Source: Synechococcus sp. (lineage in GTDB: Bacteria > Cyanobacteriota > Cyanobacteriia > Thermostichales > PCC-7336). From it: 64,000 bases of DNA. This document shows, one piece after another, positions 1-10,868 of this stretch; position 1 is the first letter of the stretch, and the number at the start of each line of letters is the position of its first letter. The stretch covers positions 32,001 to 96,000 of the forward strand of contig JBFRWN010000032.1 in NCBI GenBank assembly GCA_051439605.1, written 5' to 3'. Made by a program: the position numbers and the translations under genes. The notes under the pieces are model-generated. The model was not told where the DNA came from, did no database searches, and saw only the letters and a program-made list of their open reading frames with translations.

Positions 1-30
1 TCGCTGGACAATTTTCTGAATGAGACTTAA

Positions 31-58
31 GACCACCTAAGATTTAACTTAGGTGGTC
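31..58. terminator. 11-bp perfect hairpin, probable terminator of a gene entering from the left edge
   Basis: GACCACCTAAG-atttaa-CTTAGGTGGTC directly after an in-frame TAA at 28-30. Confidence 0.45.
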
Positions 59-265
59 GAAATATTTATATGCCAGCCCATTATCGAGCGATTGCTAGCG
101 GAATTAAAGCAAAGTAGTACGTACCAGTACTTAGGTTAGAGGAAGAGATAGATACAAAATGAGGGGGTTTACGATTCTTCATTGATGTGTCGGGCGATAC
201 ACGACAGTCCGGGTGTAAGTTTTGCAGTTTGTTTCAACTCTCCGTATAGTAGTTATGGGTTTAAC

Positions 266-601
266 TCATGACTTGCTGGGCTGGTTCCAGACATGCTTAT
301 ACTTGGATTTTGATCGAGCATGCTTTCCTGCCGAGACGGGCCGATCCGAATTTGTGCTAATGGCAACTACCGACTGTTTGCGTTTGCTGGAAGTTCGTTG
401 TCGGTTACGACGACCTTCGGCCTTTATCCGGAACTGGGAGTGGATCTTTCCGTTTCGTCCATTCCGATGGGGCTCTACCCAAGTACTGGGATCCGGCTCG
501 TAATTCTCCAAAACCACCTTGAGGATCTTGCGTTTCAACAGTCGCTCGATATCCCGTAACAGCTTGTACTCGTCTACACACACCTAGGAAACCGCTTCAC
601 C
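266..601 (-). pseudogene. Remnant 3' end of an RhlE-type DEAD-box RNA helicase
   Basis: Minus strand reads [31 protein letters not shown] then a basic low-complexity tail, matching the RhlE C-terminal GEAxSLVCVDExKLLRDIE; in-frame TAG at 584-586; no helicase core upstream. Confidence 0.7.
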
Positions 602-614
602 CCCTACAATACTT

Positions 615-1604
615 TCATCTCGTTTGGAAAATATTTTGCACCATTTGTTTGGGTGATCTTGCAGCAGCTTTGTCTAACGCCTCCATCTCCGCCGCCGTCA
701 ACTGCCACCCCAGCGCCCCAATATTCTCCTTTGCTTGAGTCAACGACTTTGCCCCCGGAATCGGAATAGCCCCTTTTGTCAAACACCAATTAATAGCTAT
801 TTGGGCCATAGACTTCCCCCGAGTGGCAGCCACCTCATGCAAAACATCCAACACTGGCCCAATCCCCGGCAAAATCTTCCGAAACACCCACCCCCGCAGT
901 CCGGAGGGGAGTTGCTCCCGCACCGAATACTTCCCCGTCAACAACCCCAGTGCAAGAGGACTGTAAGCAATTAACCTAATCCCTAACTCGTCGCACAGGG
1001 ACCTAATATCCAATTCTGTATCGGGATAGGTGGACAGCAAAGAATACTGTACCTGTAACGTCAAAATCGATATCCCGCGATCGCCCAGTTGCTTGTGTGC
1101 TCGCCGCAATGCCTTGGGTCCGTAATTCGATAATCCAATCCCCTTTACTAATCCGCGGTCACACAAATCCGCCAGACCATCCAGCAGCGGTTTCTCCTGC
1201 CAAGGAGCATAATTCGACGGCGACCAATGCATCTGAGCCAAATCCACCGGTCGTTGTAACCGCCGAGCCGAACCTTCGCAAGCTGACACCATCGATCTCC
1301 GCGTCAATCGCCAAGGATAGGCGGCCAGTTTAGTCGCTATGCAAATGTGTTCGGCATTTAGCCCTTCATACTCTCTTGCAAACTTGCCCAGTAACTGCTC
1401 GCTGCGCCCGTTCAGTCGTCCTGTCCCGTAAGAATCCCCCGTATCGAACAGCGTCACCCCCCGTTCCACACACAGGTTAAAGACCTGCTGCAATTCCGCA
1501 TCCATTTCGGGGCTGTACCCCCATAGCAGCCGATTCCCCCAAGCCCACGTGCCGCAACCCATTGTAGGGAGCGCTAGGGTCGATGAAGTCTTTCTCGCCT
1601 GCAC
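615..1604 (-). CDS. Aldo/keto reductase
   Basis: GCGTWAWG, FDTGDSYG, IATK, IGLSNY, QVQYSLL, IAYSPLALGLLTGKY, IPIPGAK motifs; 2 nt downstream of carB stop. Confidence 0.92.
   Translation of the reverse strand: MQARKTSSTLALPTMGCGTWAWGNRLLWGYSPEMDAELQQVFNLCVERGVTLFDTGDSYGTGRLNGRSEQLLGKFAREYEGLNAEHICIATKLAAYPWRLTRRSMVSACEGSARRLQRPVDLAQMHWSPSNYAPWQEKPLLDGLADLCDRGLVKGIGLSNYGPKALRRAHKQLGDRGISILTLQVQYSLLSTYPDTELDIRSLCDELGIRLIAYSPLALGLLTGKYSVREQLPSGLRGWVFRKILPGIGPVLDVLHEVAATRGKSMAQIAINWCLTKGAIPIPGAKSLTQAKENIGALGWQLTAAEMEALDKAAARSPKQMVQNIFQTR
1077..1084. repeat. HIP1 octamer GCGATCGC (one example; many copies across the window, e.g. 21091, 43618, 52334)
   Basis: Recurrent perfect palindrome typical of cyanobacterial genomes. 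Confidence 0.9.
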
Positions 1605-1606
1605 TG

Positions 1607-4600
1607 CTATCTCTCGTGATACTCCTGAATTGACTTCACATCTAGTTCACCCGACTGCAGCGAACGAATTGCCGCCACTGTCGCCTTTGCCCCCGCCAGC
1701 GTTGTCACTAATGGAACTTTGTACAGCAGCGCGCTGCGTCGAATACGTCGTCCATCCTGATGAGCCTCACCCCCTGATGGAGTATTGATAATCAGCGTCA
1801 CCTCGCGATTTTTAATGGCATCTACCACGTGTGGACGGCCTTCGTGCAGCTTCAGAATTCGCTCCACCGGCAATCCGCGATCGCTCAAAAACTTCTGGGT
1901 GCCTTCCGTCGAAATCAGCGAGAATCCCAGATCGACGAGTTCCTGGGCGAGCTCAACAACAGGGGGTTTATCGCGATCGCTGACGGTAATAAATACCTTT
2001 CCTGATAGAGGTAGCGGTTGGCCGGCTCCCAACTGAGCCTTAGCAAACGCCAGTCCAAAGTCTGTATCGATGCCCATCACCTCGCCGGTCGATCGCATCT
2101 CTGGACCCAAAATCGTGTCGGTCCCAGGGAATTTATTGAAGGGCAGCACCGCCTCTTTGACCGAAATATGGGTGGGGATGACCTCTTCGGTAAAGGCAAT
2201 TTCATCCAGCGTCTTGCCGCTCATCATCAAAGCTGCGTAGCGTGCCAAGGGTACGCCAATCGCCTTGCTGACAAAGGGGACTGTACGGGAGGCACGCGGA
2301 TTCGCTTCGAGAACGTACACCTGCTCGTCCTTAACGGCATACTGCACGTTCATCAGACCCACTACACCAAGCTTCTTCGCCAATTTGTGCGTCCAACTGC
2401 GGATGGTTCCCAGCACTTCTGGTGACAGAGTGCGGGTGGGCAGGATACAGGCCGAGTCGCCGGAGTGGATGCCCGCCTGTTCGATGTGCTCCATAATGCC
2501 CCCAATGGTCACTGCGCCAGTACGATCCGCGATCGCATCTACATCTACCTCAACAGCATTTTCTAGGAACTTATCCACCAAAATCGGCCGTTCGGGATCC
2601 ACCTCTACCGCTGCTTCGATATAGCGTTTTAGGTCCGTATCGGAATAGACAATTTCCATCGCCCGTCCCCCCAGGACGTAGCTGGGACGCACCACTACCG
2701 GATAACCCACTCTCTGGGCGATCGCCAGCGCTTCCTCGTAAGAGCGCGCAATTCCGTTGGCCGGCTGAACGATGTCTAGCTCCCGCAAAATCGCCTCGAA
2801 CCGCTCTCGATCTTCTGCAACGTCGATCGCATCTGGTGATGTCCCCCATATGGGGGCCTCCGCTTCTGCTAAACCTTGAGCAAGGTTTAAGGGGGTCTGA
2901 CCGCCAAACTGCACGATGATGCCAACAGGCTTTTCCACTTCAATCAGGTTAAGGACATCTTCGTGGGTTAGAGGTTCAAAGTAGAGACGATCGCTGGTGT
3001 CGTAGTCCGTGGAGACTGTTTCGGGATTCGAGTTCACCATCACTGCTTCGAAGCCGGAATCCTGCATGGCATAGGAGGCGTGACAGCAGCAGTAATCAAA
3101 CTCGATTCCCTGACCGATGCGGTTTGGACCACCCCCCAAAATCATCACCTTAGGGGTGTCGGAGGCAAAGATTTCGCTATCTTCCTCATAGGTGGAGTAT
3201 TGATAGGGGGTAAAAGCTTCGAACTCGGCTGCGCAAGTATCCACGGTCTTGTACGCTGGCACGATCCCCAGCCCTTGTCGAGTGGCCCGCACTTCCGTCT
3301 CGCTAGATCGCGTTAGATGGGCAATTTGGCGATCGCTAAATCCTAGTCGCTTGAGTTCTAGCCAGTCATCTACCTCTAAGTCTACGAGGGGTTTCCCCTG
3401 CATCCACAGTTCCATCTCCACCAGCTCCTGCATCTTATCCAGGAACCACGGATCGATTTTGGTGAGCTTAAAGATTTCGGATGCATCTATACCGGCGAGG
3501 AAAGCGGTGCGCACCATCAGCAACCGCCCCGGATTGGGCACCCGCAATGAAGTGCGGATTTCATCCAAAGGTGGGAGTTCCTCAGCTTTATCCGCCCCAA
3601 ATCCGTAGCGACCAATTTCAAGCGATCGCAGTGCCTTTTGCAGCGACTCCTGAAACGTTCGCCCAATGGCCATTGCCTCCCCCACGGATTTCATTTGGGT
3701 GGTCAGCACTGCTTCGGAACCGGGGAATTTCTCAAACGCGAATCGAGGGGCTTTCACCACGACGTAATCAATGGTGGGTTCGAAGCAGGCGGGAGTCTTT
3801 TGGGTGATGTCGTTCTTGATTTCTGGCAGAGTGTAGCCCACCGCTAATTTCGCGGCAAATTTGGCGATCGGGAACCCGGTTGCTTTGGATGCCAGTGCCG
3901 ACGAGCGGGATACCCGGGGGTTCATCTCGATAATGCGAACTTCGCCGTTGTCGGGATTGACTGCAAACTGCACGTTCGAGCCACCGGTCTCCACCCCAAT
4001 TTCTCGAATGATGGCGATCGCGTAATCCCGCAGCCGCTGATATTCTTTGTCAGTTAGTGTCTGGGCCGGAGCCACAGTGATGGAGTCCCCCGTGTGAACC
4101 CCCATCGGGTCGATATTTTCGATCGAGCAGATAATAACGACGTTATCTGCCAGATCCCGCATGACCTCCAGCTCGAATTCCTTCCACCCGATGATGGATT
4201 CCTCCACCAAAATTTGGGAGACGGGACTGGCGTCCAAACCAGAGGAACAGATGGCTTCAAATTCTTCTTGGTTGTAGGCTACACCACCGCCGGTGCCCCC
4301 CAGGGTAAAGGCAGGTCGAATAATCAGGGGATAGCCAATATCTTTGGAGATCCGCCGCGCTTCGTCCATCGTGGTTGCCAAACCTGAACGGGGGACCGAC
4401 AGACCAATCTTTTGCATCGCCTGCTTAAATAAATCGCGATCCTCCGCCTTTTCAATTGCCTCGAAATTGGCCCCGATCAGCTCTACATTATATTTCCTAA
4501 GAACGCCGCTCTTAGCCAGGGACACGGCCACGTTCAGGGCTGTTTGCCCCCCCATGGTGGGTAAAATTGCATCTGGACGCTCTCGCTCGATAATGCGTTC

Positions 4601-4822
4601 AACACATTCTGGCGACACCGGTTCAATATAGGTGCGATCCGCCGTTGCTGGGTCAGTCATAATCGTGGCGGGGTTGGAGTTGACCAGCACAACCTCGTAG
4701 CCTTCTTCCCGCAATGCCTTACAGGCTTGCGTCCCCGAATAGTCAAATTCACATGCCTGACCGATTACAATCGGGCCAGCCCCAATCAACAGAATCTTCT
4801 GTAGGTCATTGCGGCGCGGCAT
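1607..4822 (-). CDS. carB: Carbamoyl-phosphate synthase large subunit
   Basis: [30 protein letters not shown] start, duplicated ATP-grasp domains, MGS-like C-terminus; start trimmed from 4969 to the ATG at 4822. Confidence 0.98.
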   Translation of the reverse strand: MPRRNDLQKILLIGAGPIVIGQACEFDYSGTQACKALREEGYEVVLVNSNPATIMTDPATADRTYIEPVSPECVERIIERERPDAILPTMGGQTALNVAVSLAKSGVLRKYNVELIGANFEAIEKAEDRDLFKQAMQKIGLSVPRSGLATTMDEARRISKDIGYPLIIRPAFTLGGTGGGVAYNQEEFEAICSSGLDASPVSQILVEESIIGWKEFELEVMRDLADNVVIICSIENIDPMGVHTGDSITVAPAQTLTDKEYQRLRDYAIAIIREIGVETGGSNVQFAVNPDNGEVRIIEMNPRVSRSSALASKATGFPIAKFAAKLAVGYTLPEIKNDITQKTPACFEPTIDYVVVKAPRFAFEKFPGSEAVLTTQMKSVGEAMAIGRTFQESLQKALRSLEIGRYGFGADKAEELPPLDEIRTSLRVPNPGRLLMVRTAFLAGIDASEIFKLTKIDPWFLDKMQELVEMELWMQGKPLVDLEVDDWLELKRLGFSDRQIAHLTRSSETEVRATRQGLGIVPAYKTVDTCAAEFEAFTPYQYSTYEEDSEIFASDTPKVMILGGGPNRIGQGIEFDYCCCHASYAMQDSGFEAVMVNSNPETVSTDYDTSDRLYFEPLTHEDVLNLIEVEKPVGIIVQFGGQTPLNLAQGLAEAEAPIWGTSPDAIDVAEDRERFEAILRELDIVQPANGIARSYEEALAIAQRVGYPVVVRPSYVLGGRAMEIVYSDTDLKRYIEAAVEVDPERPILVDKFLENAVEVDVDAIADRTGAVTIGGIMEHIEQAGIHSGDSACILPTRTLSPEVLGTIRSWTHKLAKKLGVVGLMNVQYAVKDEQVYVLEANPRASRTVPFVSKAIGVPLARYAALMMSGKTLDEIAFTEEVIPTHISVKEAVLPFNKFPGTDTILGPEMRSTGEVMGIDTDFGLAFAKAQLGAGQPLPLSGKVFITVSDRDKPPVVELAQELVDLGFSLISTEGTQKFLSDRGLPVERILKLHEGRPHVVDAIKNREVTLIINTPSGGEAHQDGRRIRRSALLYKVPLVTTLAGAKATVAAIRSLQSGELDVKSIQEYHER

Positions 4823-5107
4823 GGACGTCTCCCAATATTTTATCGATGTAGCACTCGCTACCTTTTTTCGGCGAGGCAAAACTATCCCATTGTATGGGCC
4901 ATTGGCACATCTTTCTCTCTCGAGATTCTCGTTTATCCCCGATTTTCCGACCCGTTCACTACGGGACAAAGTAACCGCTGTCTAAACCACCTACATGTTA
5001 CTGTTTAAGGCTAACCCACCTGGCTGATTCACTATCCCAAGAGGAAAGGTTGTCACTGTGACAATGTCTTATAGTTAGTTATCAAACGATCAAATTTGGA
5101 GTTTTAC

Positions 5108-5278
5108 ATGCCCTACACCAAAGATGAGCGCGGCATCGTGAACAACTTCCCGATTGAGACCAAAGATCGAGTTGCTGAGCCCCCCACCAAACAGCAAAAA
5201 ATTCAGTATGCTTTTTTTGCGGCAATCGGTGCGGCTCTAATCGGTGGCGTGGTTTGGGTAGCGGTTGCTGTTTCCTAA
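5108..5278 (+). CDS. psb34: Photosystem II assembly factor Psb34 (Ssl1498 family)
   Basis: MPYTKDERGIVNNFPIE..AEPPT..Q plus one C-terminal TM helix ending AVAVS; 56 aa. Confidence 0.85.
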   Translation: MPYTKDERGIVNNFPIETKDRVAEPPTKQQKIQYAFFAAIGAALIGGVVWVAVAVS

Positions 5279-5473
5279 GTCCCTCTCCGCTACTAAAGAG
5301 GTCCCGCGACAACGTTATATAGTGGCTAAGAATTTTGGCGTATCCTTAGAGCGGTTCCCCGATACGGGAAGGTTACATTGCTCATTTTTTTGATGTACAT
5401 CAGGGAAGGGAATAGCCCTTCCCTGCGTTTTATCGATTGGGCGTTAATTGCCGATTGTGGGCGCAAATCTTGC

Positions 5474-6085
5474 CTACATCGTCGATTTTAGAGGAGTACG
5501 ATGGCGTTCGTGGACAATGCGTCGAATACTCAACTCATCGGTCTGTTGCATCGGATTGCCCGGTTTTAAAGGCACAATATCTGGAAACAAAGAGCGGCAT
5601 AAGGTAATTCCCTCATCGGTAAGGACGAATCCTAAGTTACCCTTGTTGCGAACCCAATTTTGAGCCGATAACTGCTGTAGCGATCGCCGCACTTCTGCAA
5701 ACGCAGCATCGCAAAGGTCATCACCGATCGCTTTACGGTCAAAAAAACGTCCTGGGTACATCAGACGATACCCCAACAGATCCCGAAACGGGACTGTACC
5801 TGCCAAGTAGTTTTCAAACCACTCTAAGTGCTCGCTGGAGTTCCATTCCTGTAAGGTACACAACCACTCAAATTGTTCCTCCAGCTGGCTACGCAGAAGT
5901 TTGCGATACCTGGGGTTGATAGAATTTCGATGTTGCTCGAAGGTAGGGAAGTGCTGGGTCAATAACTCGTTGGTCAGCGCATCAACATCTTCATCGCAGC
6001 CTAAATGGCTCCAAGCGATCTTGAGGGCATTGAGCTTTAATGTTGAAAGCGATTGTTCTGTTGTTCGATTTGATACAGTCATCAC
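5474..6085 (-). CDS. Hypothetical protein (203 aa)
   Basis: Long ORF with protein-like composition; no family recognised. Confidence 0.6.
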   Translation of the reverse strand: MMTVSNRTTEQSLSTLKLNALKIAWSHLGCDEDVDALTNELLTQHFPTFEQHRNSINPRYRKLLRSQLEEQFEWLCTLQEWNSSEHLEWFENYLAGTVPFRDLLGYRLMYPGRFFDRKAIGDDLCDAAFAEVRRSLQQLSAQNWVRNKGNLGFVLTDEGITLCRSLFPDIVPLKPGNPMQQTDELSIRRIVHERHRTPLKSTM

Positions 6086-6431
6086 CTAATACAGCAAAGC
6101 GCTGTTGATGTTATCTGAATAGCTTGCCCTCTTTTAAATCGGACCGTATCCTTTGCTGGCAATAAATTAGATTGTTTTAAGATCTTTCCGTCCCACATTA
6201 CTCAACGTAGAGTTCTTCACCTGGGGACTGCCTCTATTGGCAGCAATGACTTGTTTCGTGGCGGTCAAAGTTGCTGCTGAGTGCGTTCATCAATCAAAGC
6301 CTTCACCGAACCCAGCCCCCACAATTCTAACTGCCACAGTTAACTGCCTGACAAACAGTTGCCCATTCTCGTCAGACTTCAATTTCATTTGAAGAGGATT
6401 GGGAGAAAGATCCGCTAGAGAATCTTGGATA

Positions 6432-6504
6432 TGGGGCGTGAGGGACTTGAACCCCCGTAAGGCAAATTATGAGTTTGCTGCCTAAACCACTCGGCCAACG
6501 CCCC
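6432..6504 (-). tRNA. tRNA with CAU anticodon, most likely tRNA-Ile2 (lysidine) rather than Met
   Basis: GGGGCGT-TGGCCGAGTGGTTTAGGC-A-GCAAA CTCATAA TTTGC-..GGGGG TTCAAGT CCCTC-ACGCCCC-A cloverleaf; D-arm and anticodon arm resemble cyanobacterial/plastid trnI-CAU; no encoded CCA. Confidence 0.9.
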
Positions 6505-6685
6505 ATGTGCGATCGCCACTAGATGCCTATTAAGACTAGCGCTTGTTCTCTCAAAATCTCAACCACATGAGAAAACTCTTTGGCTTCGGGAGACTCATAG
6601 CCCCGCTCTTCAGAAAAATTCTTGCATTCAAAGCTTCTTTTCAGTAGAAAGATGACTTGAGCATCTCCGACAGATGTCAGCATTG

Positions 6686-7495
6686 CTACTGGTTGTTGTT
6701 GGGAACCTGCGATACCTGAGTACTCAGCGACGGGTTATTTGCGACTGAATTACTGGTCTCTGATCGATCTGGAGTATCAAACAAAACAGTAGTGATATAT
6801 CGTTCAGTCCATTGCTTTCCAAATGCTTTCTCAAGGACTCGGCGAGTTTTATCGTTTTGCTGCTGGCGATCGCAATATCGTTGTTGACCCGCTAGTATGT
6901 CAGCTTCTTGTTCGCAAGTTACGGTTTGCGATGACTTCGCCTGTAGACAATGCAGTTTTAGATAGGCGGAAGTAGCTTCTAGAAACAGTTCCTCTTCCTC
7001 TGCTCCGATGGGTCGCACAAACAAGCAGTAAGGGGAAAAAATATTCCCCCACTGGGGTAGTTCACGTGGCTGGCTAAAGGCCTCTTGACGTTTGAGCCAA
7101 GGGTCCAAATTACTTTTATAGTCAGATGGAAGCGTAGACTGAACCGGGCTGAGGTCGGCAATGGCCGCGCTAATTTGCCCGCGTCCCCCCACTAAATCGC
7201 AGCCGAACATTGGCAAATCAAATTGAGGCCTGGGGAACATCACGCAATGCAGGATATTGAGGGAATTGCCAACCTTTGCGAGTTCCAGATGGAGTTTACG
7301 GAATTGTGGGGTTTGAAAACATCGATTTACAATCGTCAGGCGTTCCCCTTCCAACTTGCCTTCGACATAGCCTAGATCCCCTGGTAAATGATAGGGGGAT
7401 AGCTCCAGCGTTTCCTCCCAAGTAGCCAAGATTGTGTTGGCTAATGTCACAATTAGAGGGTGCTGGTGCTCTTGCGAAGGAATTGGACTCATCAC
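6686..7495 (-). CDS. pcyA: Phycocyanobilin:ferredoxin oxidoreductase
   Basis: FRKLHLELAKVG..LNILHCVMFPRP.FDLPMFGCDLVGGRGQISAAIADLSP, QQQNDKTRRVLEKAFG. Confidence 0.96.
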   Translation of the reverse strand: MMSPIPSQEHQHPLIVTLANTILATWEETLELSPYHLPGDLGYVEGKLEGERLTIVNRCFQTPQFRKLHLELAKVGNSLNILHCVMFPRPQFDLPMFGCDLVGGRGQISAAIADLSPVQSTLPSDYKSNLDPWLKRQEAFSQPRELPQWGNIFSPYCLFVRPIGAEEEELFLEATSAYLKLHCLQAKSSQTVTCEQEADILAGQQRYCDRQQQNDKTRRVLEKAFGKQWTERYITTVLFDTPDRSETSNSVANNPSLSTQVSQVPNNNQ

Positions 7496-7671
7496 AATAG
7501 GACACAGAAGGCTCGTTTCACTTTACCGCAAGAGCTACCCTACCATTAGTCATTTGCAACTGGACTTCACTACTTTGTTCAAGTGAAATGGTATGTGATG
7601 GTGAAAATTTCACATCTAGGTGCCGGGCAACTGGACATAGAGCTGAGGTTATTTCAATAAGGATCGAGCGA

Positions 7672-7730
7672 TCTATCTCCGGTCAGGGGTCTGGGTAGCT
7701 GAAATGTCCAAAGCGACTTAACGCTAGCTA
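7672..7730 (-). repeat. Degenerate dispersed repeat, copy 1 (copy 2 at 41868-41926 on +)
   Basis: 45/59 ungapped identity by manual alignment, 30/35 over the first part. Confidence 0.6.
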
Positions 7731-7752
7731 TGCATCCAGACAAACCTAATCA

Positions 7753-7810
7753 GACATTCAAATGAAAAACCGCTGTTGGGCTGCCCACAGCGGTTTTTCA
7801 TTTGAATGTC
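7753..7810 (-). terminator. 24-bp perfect inverted repeat downstream of psbT (terminator or 3' stabiliser)
   Basis: GACATTCAAATGAAAAACCGCTGT (7753-7776) / ACAGCGGTTTTTCATTTGAATGTC (7787-7810). Confidence 0.8.
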
Positions 7811-7851
7811 GAACTGTTGACCGCGAAAGAATCTGTTACTCGTAGATTCTA

Positions 7852-7962
7852 TTAGTCATCAGAGCGAGGGACGTCGATCTTAGGCGTCTCGCGAAATGCG
7901 ATCGCGAAGAACAGCAGACCGATTGTCAAAAAGAGAATGAAAACGTAAGCCAAAGCTTCCAT
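7852..7962 (-). CDS. psbT: Photosystem II reaction centre protein T
   Basis: [29 protein letters not shown]; directly downstream of psbB. Confidence 0.96.
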   Translation of the reverse strand: MEALAYVFILFLTIGLLFFAIAFRETPKIDVPRSDD

Positions 7963-8040
7963 AGCTAGCTCCCTAAAATAAACCAACTCGGATAAAGGTG
8001 GGTCCACTGAGTTAACAGTAAGGAACCACCTCAATTGTAC

Positions 8041-9576
8041 CTAGGCCTTGGCCTTCTTCTTTCGGGTAGATGTGTCTGCTAGTTTCTGGAATACACCCCA
8101 TTCGACCATCTCTTCATCAAGATCTGGGTCGACACCAGCAAATACATCGCGGTAAAGGGTACGAGAGCCGTGCCAGATGTGGCCGAAGAAGAACAACAGT
8201 GCAAAGCAAGCGTGACCGAAGGTAAACCAACCGCGCGGACTGGTGCGAAATACACCGTCAGCATTGGTTGCTTCACGATTGAATTCGAATGCTTCACCCA
8301 ACTGAGCGGTACGAGCATAACGCTTCACGGTCGGAGCATCTGTGAACTGCTTGCCATCCAACTTGCCACCGAAAAACTCAACGGTCACTCCAGCCTGCTC
8401 GAAGCTGCTCTTGGCTTCCGCACGACGGAAGGGGATGTCAGCACGAATCAAATTGTCAGAGTCGCGAAGAATAACGGGGAAGGATTCAAAGAAGTTGGGA
8501 AGACGCTCAACAGTCAGCTCGCGACCATCTGCATCGCGAAAAACGGGCTCGCCTAGCCATTCCACGGCCAGACCATCGCCATCGTTCATGGGACCTGGAC
8601 GGAACAAACCACCTTTAGAGGGGTTGTTCCCGACGTAGTCGTAGAAGAGTAAGTCGCGAGGTACGGAATCCCAAGCTTCGCTGCGGGAGGAGCCGTTTGC
8701 CATTGCATTTTCAACGCGGCGAGATACCTCCTGCTGATAATAGCCAGAGTCCCACTGATAGCGAGTAGGGCCAAACAAGCTTACCGGTGTCGTTGCGTTG
8801 CCATACCACATGGTGCCGGCAACAACGAAGGCCGCAAAGAATACAGCTGCAATGGAACTGGACAATACGGTCTCGATGTTACCCATGCGCAATGCTCGAT
8901 ACAGGCGCTGGGGAGGACGCACGGTCAGGTGAAACAAACCCGCAATGATGCCCACAATACCGGCCGCAATGTGGTGAGCCACCACCCCGCCAGGATTGAA
9001 GGGGTCAAAGCCTGCTGGGCCCCACTCGGGAGCGACGGGCTGCAGGTGACCGCCGAGGCCAAATGCATCGTTCACCCACATACCGGGACCAAACACACCG
9101 GTCAAGTGGAAGGCTCCGAAACCAAAGCACAATAATCCGGACAAGAACAGGTGAATACCGAACATCTTCGGTAGGTCGAGTGCTGGCTCACCAGTACGGG
9201 GATCGCGGAACAGTTCTAAGTCCCAGTAAACCCAGTGCCAAACAGCTGCTAAGAACAGCATTCCAGACAAAATGATGTGGGCAGTTGCCACACCTTCAAA
9301 ACTCCAAAATCCGGCGTTTTCTACAAACTCACCGGCTAAATTCCAGCCGTTCCAGGAATTTTCAATTCCCAGGCGAGCCATAAACGGCATAACGAACATG
9401 CCTTGACGCCACATCGGGTTCAGTACGGGGTCGGTGGGGTCATAAATTGCCGACTCGTACAGTGCCATGGACCCAGCCCAACCCGCTACCAAAGCGGTGT
9501 GCATTAGGTGAACTGAGATCAGGCGTCCCGGATCGTTAAGCACGACTGTATGGACCCGGTACCACGGTAGTCCCAT
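8041..9576 (-). CDS. psbB: Photosystem II CP47 chlorophyll-binding protein
   Basis: [46 protein letters not shown] ribosome-binding site upstream. Confidence 0.99.
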   Translation of the reverse strand: MGLPWYRVHTVVLNDPGRLISVHLMHTALVAGWAGSMALYESAIYDPTDPVLNPMWRQGMFVMPFMARLGIENSWNGWNLAGEFVENAGFWSFEGVATAHIILSGMLFLAAVWHWVYWDLELFRDPRTGEPALDLPKMFGIHLFLSGLLCFGFGAFHLTGVFGPGMWVNDAFGLGGHLQPVAPEWGPAGFDPFNPGGVVAHHIAAGIVGIIAGLFHLTVRPPQRLYRALRMGNIETVLSSSIAAVFFAAFVVAGTMWYGNATTPVSLFGPTRYQWDSGYYQQEVSRRVENAMANGSSRSEAWDSVPRDLLFYDYVGNNPSKGGLFRPGPMNDGDGLAVEWLGEPVFRDADGRELTVERLPNFFESFPVILRDSDNLIRADIPFRRAEAKSSFEQAGVTVEFFGGKLDGKQFTDAPTVKRYARTAQLGEAFEFNREATNADGVFRTSPRGWFTFGHACFALLFFFGHIWHGSRTLYRDVFAGVDPDLDEEMVEWGVFQKLADTSTRKKKAKA

Positions 9577-9868
9577 AAAGCGCGATCCTCCCTTGCGATT
9601 ACACAGCCTTTATTTAATGGTTTAGAAAGCAGCCTTCGAAGCCCGATCTCCGCCTCTGAGCAGATGCTCTGAAAACTAAAACGTTTTGGGGGGAGTCGGA
9701 GGAGATTCAAGAACCTCATCTCAAGCTTTGCGATATCTGCATGCTTCAAAGACTAGATATAAAGAAGCTCCCCGATCGCTCGAGAAACATCAAATTGCCA
9801 ACTGAACAGAGGTGTCCAATTGTTAAGCCTTGAGAACAGTATGCAGTAAGCCGTAGACTTACCTCAGC

Positions 9869-9886
9869 AGTATAACGGAATGTAAC
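9869..9886 (-). promoter_or_regulatory. Possible HLR1 (RpaB) direct repeat overlapping a TATACT -10-like box upstream of psbB
   Basis: Minus strand GTTACATT-CC-GTTATACT vs consensus (G/T)TTACA(T/A)(T/A)-N2-repeat; second half imperfect. Confidence 0.35.
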
Positions 9887-10123
9887 AGGGGGACTTGAGA
9901 CAGCGCAAGATTTCTCAGAGGATTTGGCCAAAAGCAGTCTAGCCTGCTGAGGTCAAGCCCAATTTCGCAGGAATGATTTACATAAGTTAATATATCAGCG
10001 GCAGTAAGTAGCCCTGGTGACGATCAGGGCATGTCTGGACCGGTTTCCTGCCACCGATATGAGATGTTCAATCACTGGACCGTTAGCAAACTGGCCACTT
10101 GCGTCAAGAGAGAGGATAAGCAG

Positions 10124-10420
10124 ATGCCAACGATTAACTTTTTGAACGAGGGCAAGAGTATCACTGTGGCAGACGGAGCAAATCTGAGAAGAGTTGCTTT
10201 GGAGAATGATATTGATATCTACAAGATGGTTGCCAAGTTGATGAATTGTGGAGGGGCAGGCCAGTGCACCACCTGCATTGTTGACGTAGTCGAAGGCGCT
10301 GACAATCTATCTGAAAGAACGACCCCAGAGGTGCGCAAGTTTAAACGCAAGCCCGATACCTACCGTCTAGCATGCCAAACAAAGGTGATGGGGGACATTT
10401 CTGTCAAGACCAAGCCATAG
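10124..10420 (+). CDS. 2Fe-2S ferredoxin
   Basis: [11 protein letters not shown]...RLACQ; start at ATG 10124 after AGAGGA; divergent from psbB. Confidence 0.92.
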   Translation: MPTINFLNEGKSITVADGANLRRVALENDIDIYKMVAKLMNCGGAGQCTTCIVDVVEGADNLSERTTPEVRKFKRKPDTYRLACQTKVMGDISVKTKP

Positions 10421-10868
10421 CTTGTTTCGACACCCGCTTTGGATTGGGGCATAGGCTCACAGCGAGCCTGACAGAATCCTTCCGCACAAGCTTAAAGCCT
10501 ATTAAAAGTATCTAATCGGGATATCTCCTGAGCGGCCGCCGAGCTACTCAGGACTTTTATTAAGTGAAGGACTAGCGCTGATTTTTCCCCGCAGAACTCG
10601 CGAGGGCTAGAGAGTTGCATTTTGGGAGATGGTTAGTAAGTCAAACGATTGACGATCGGTGAAGCAATCGTGAATCTTTCTAGTGTAGTTTCGGTAGTTT
10701 GGGAGTGCTAAGGCTAGTCTGGTTGCGTTACAGTTTCGGGCAACTTTGACTTTGTAGGCGGAGATTTAGCAGACGGGGTCAGCTTGTTGAATCCTCTTCC
10801 TGTCATTCGTCCATTAAGGGCGAGGCATACAGGCCCGAGTCATCCAACTGTACGCTGAGGAATAGCAA

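Noticed and set aside
4823..4969. 49-aa N-terminal extension of CarB in the ORF track
   Set aside because: CarB similarity begins at MPRRNDL (4822); the extension is just an upstream open frame
10421..10868. psbM, often found next to this ferredoxin
   Set aside because: No PsbM-like small hydrophobic ORF found here by eye
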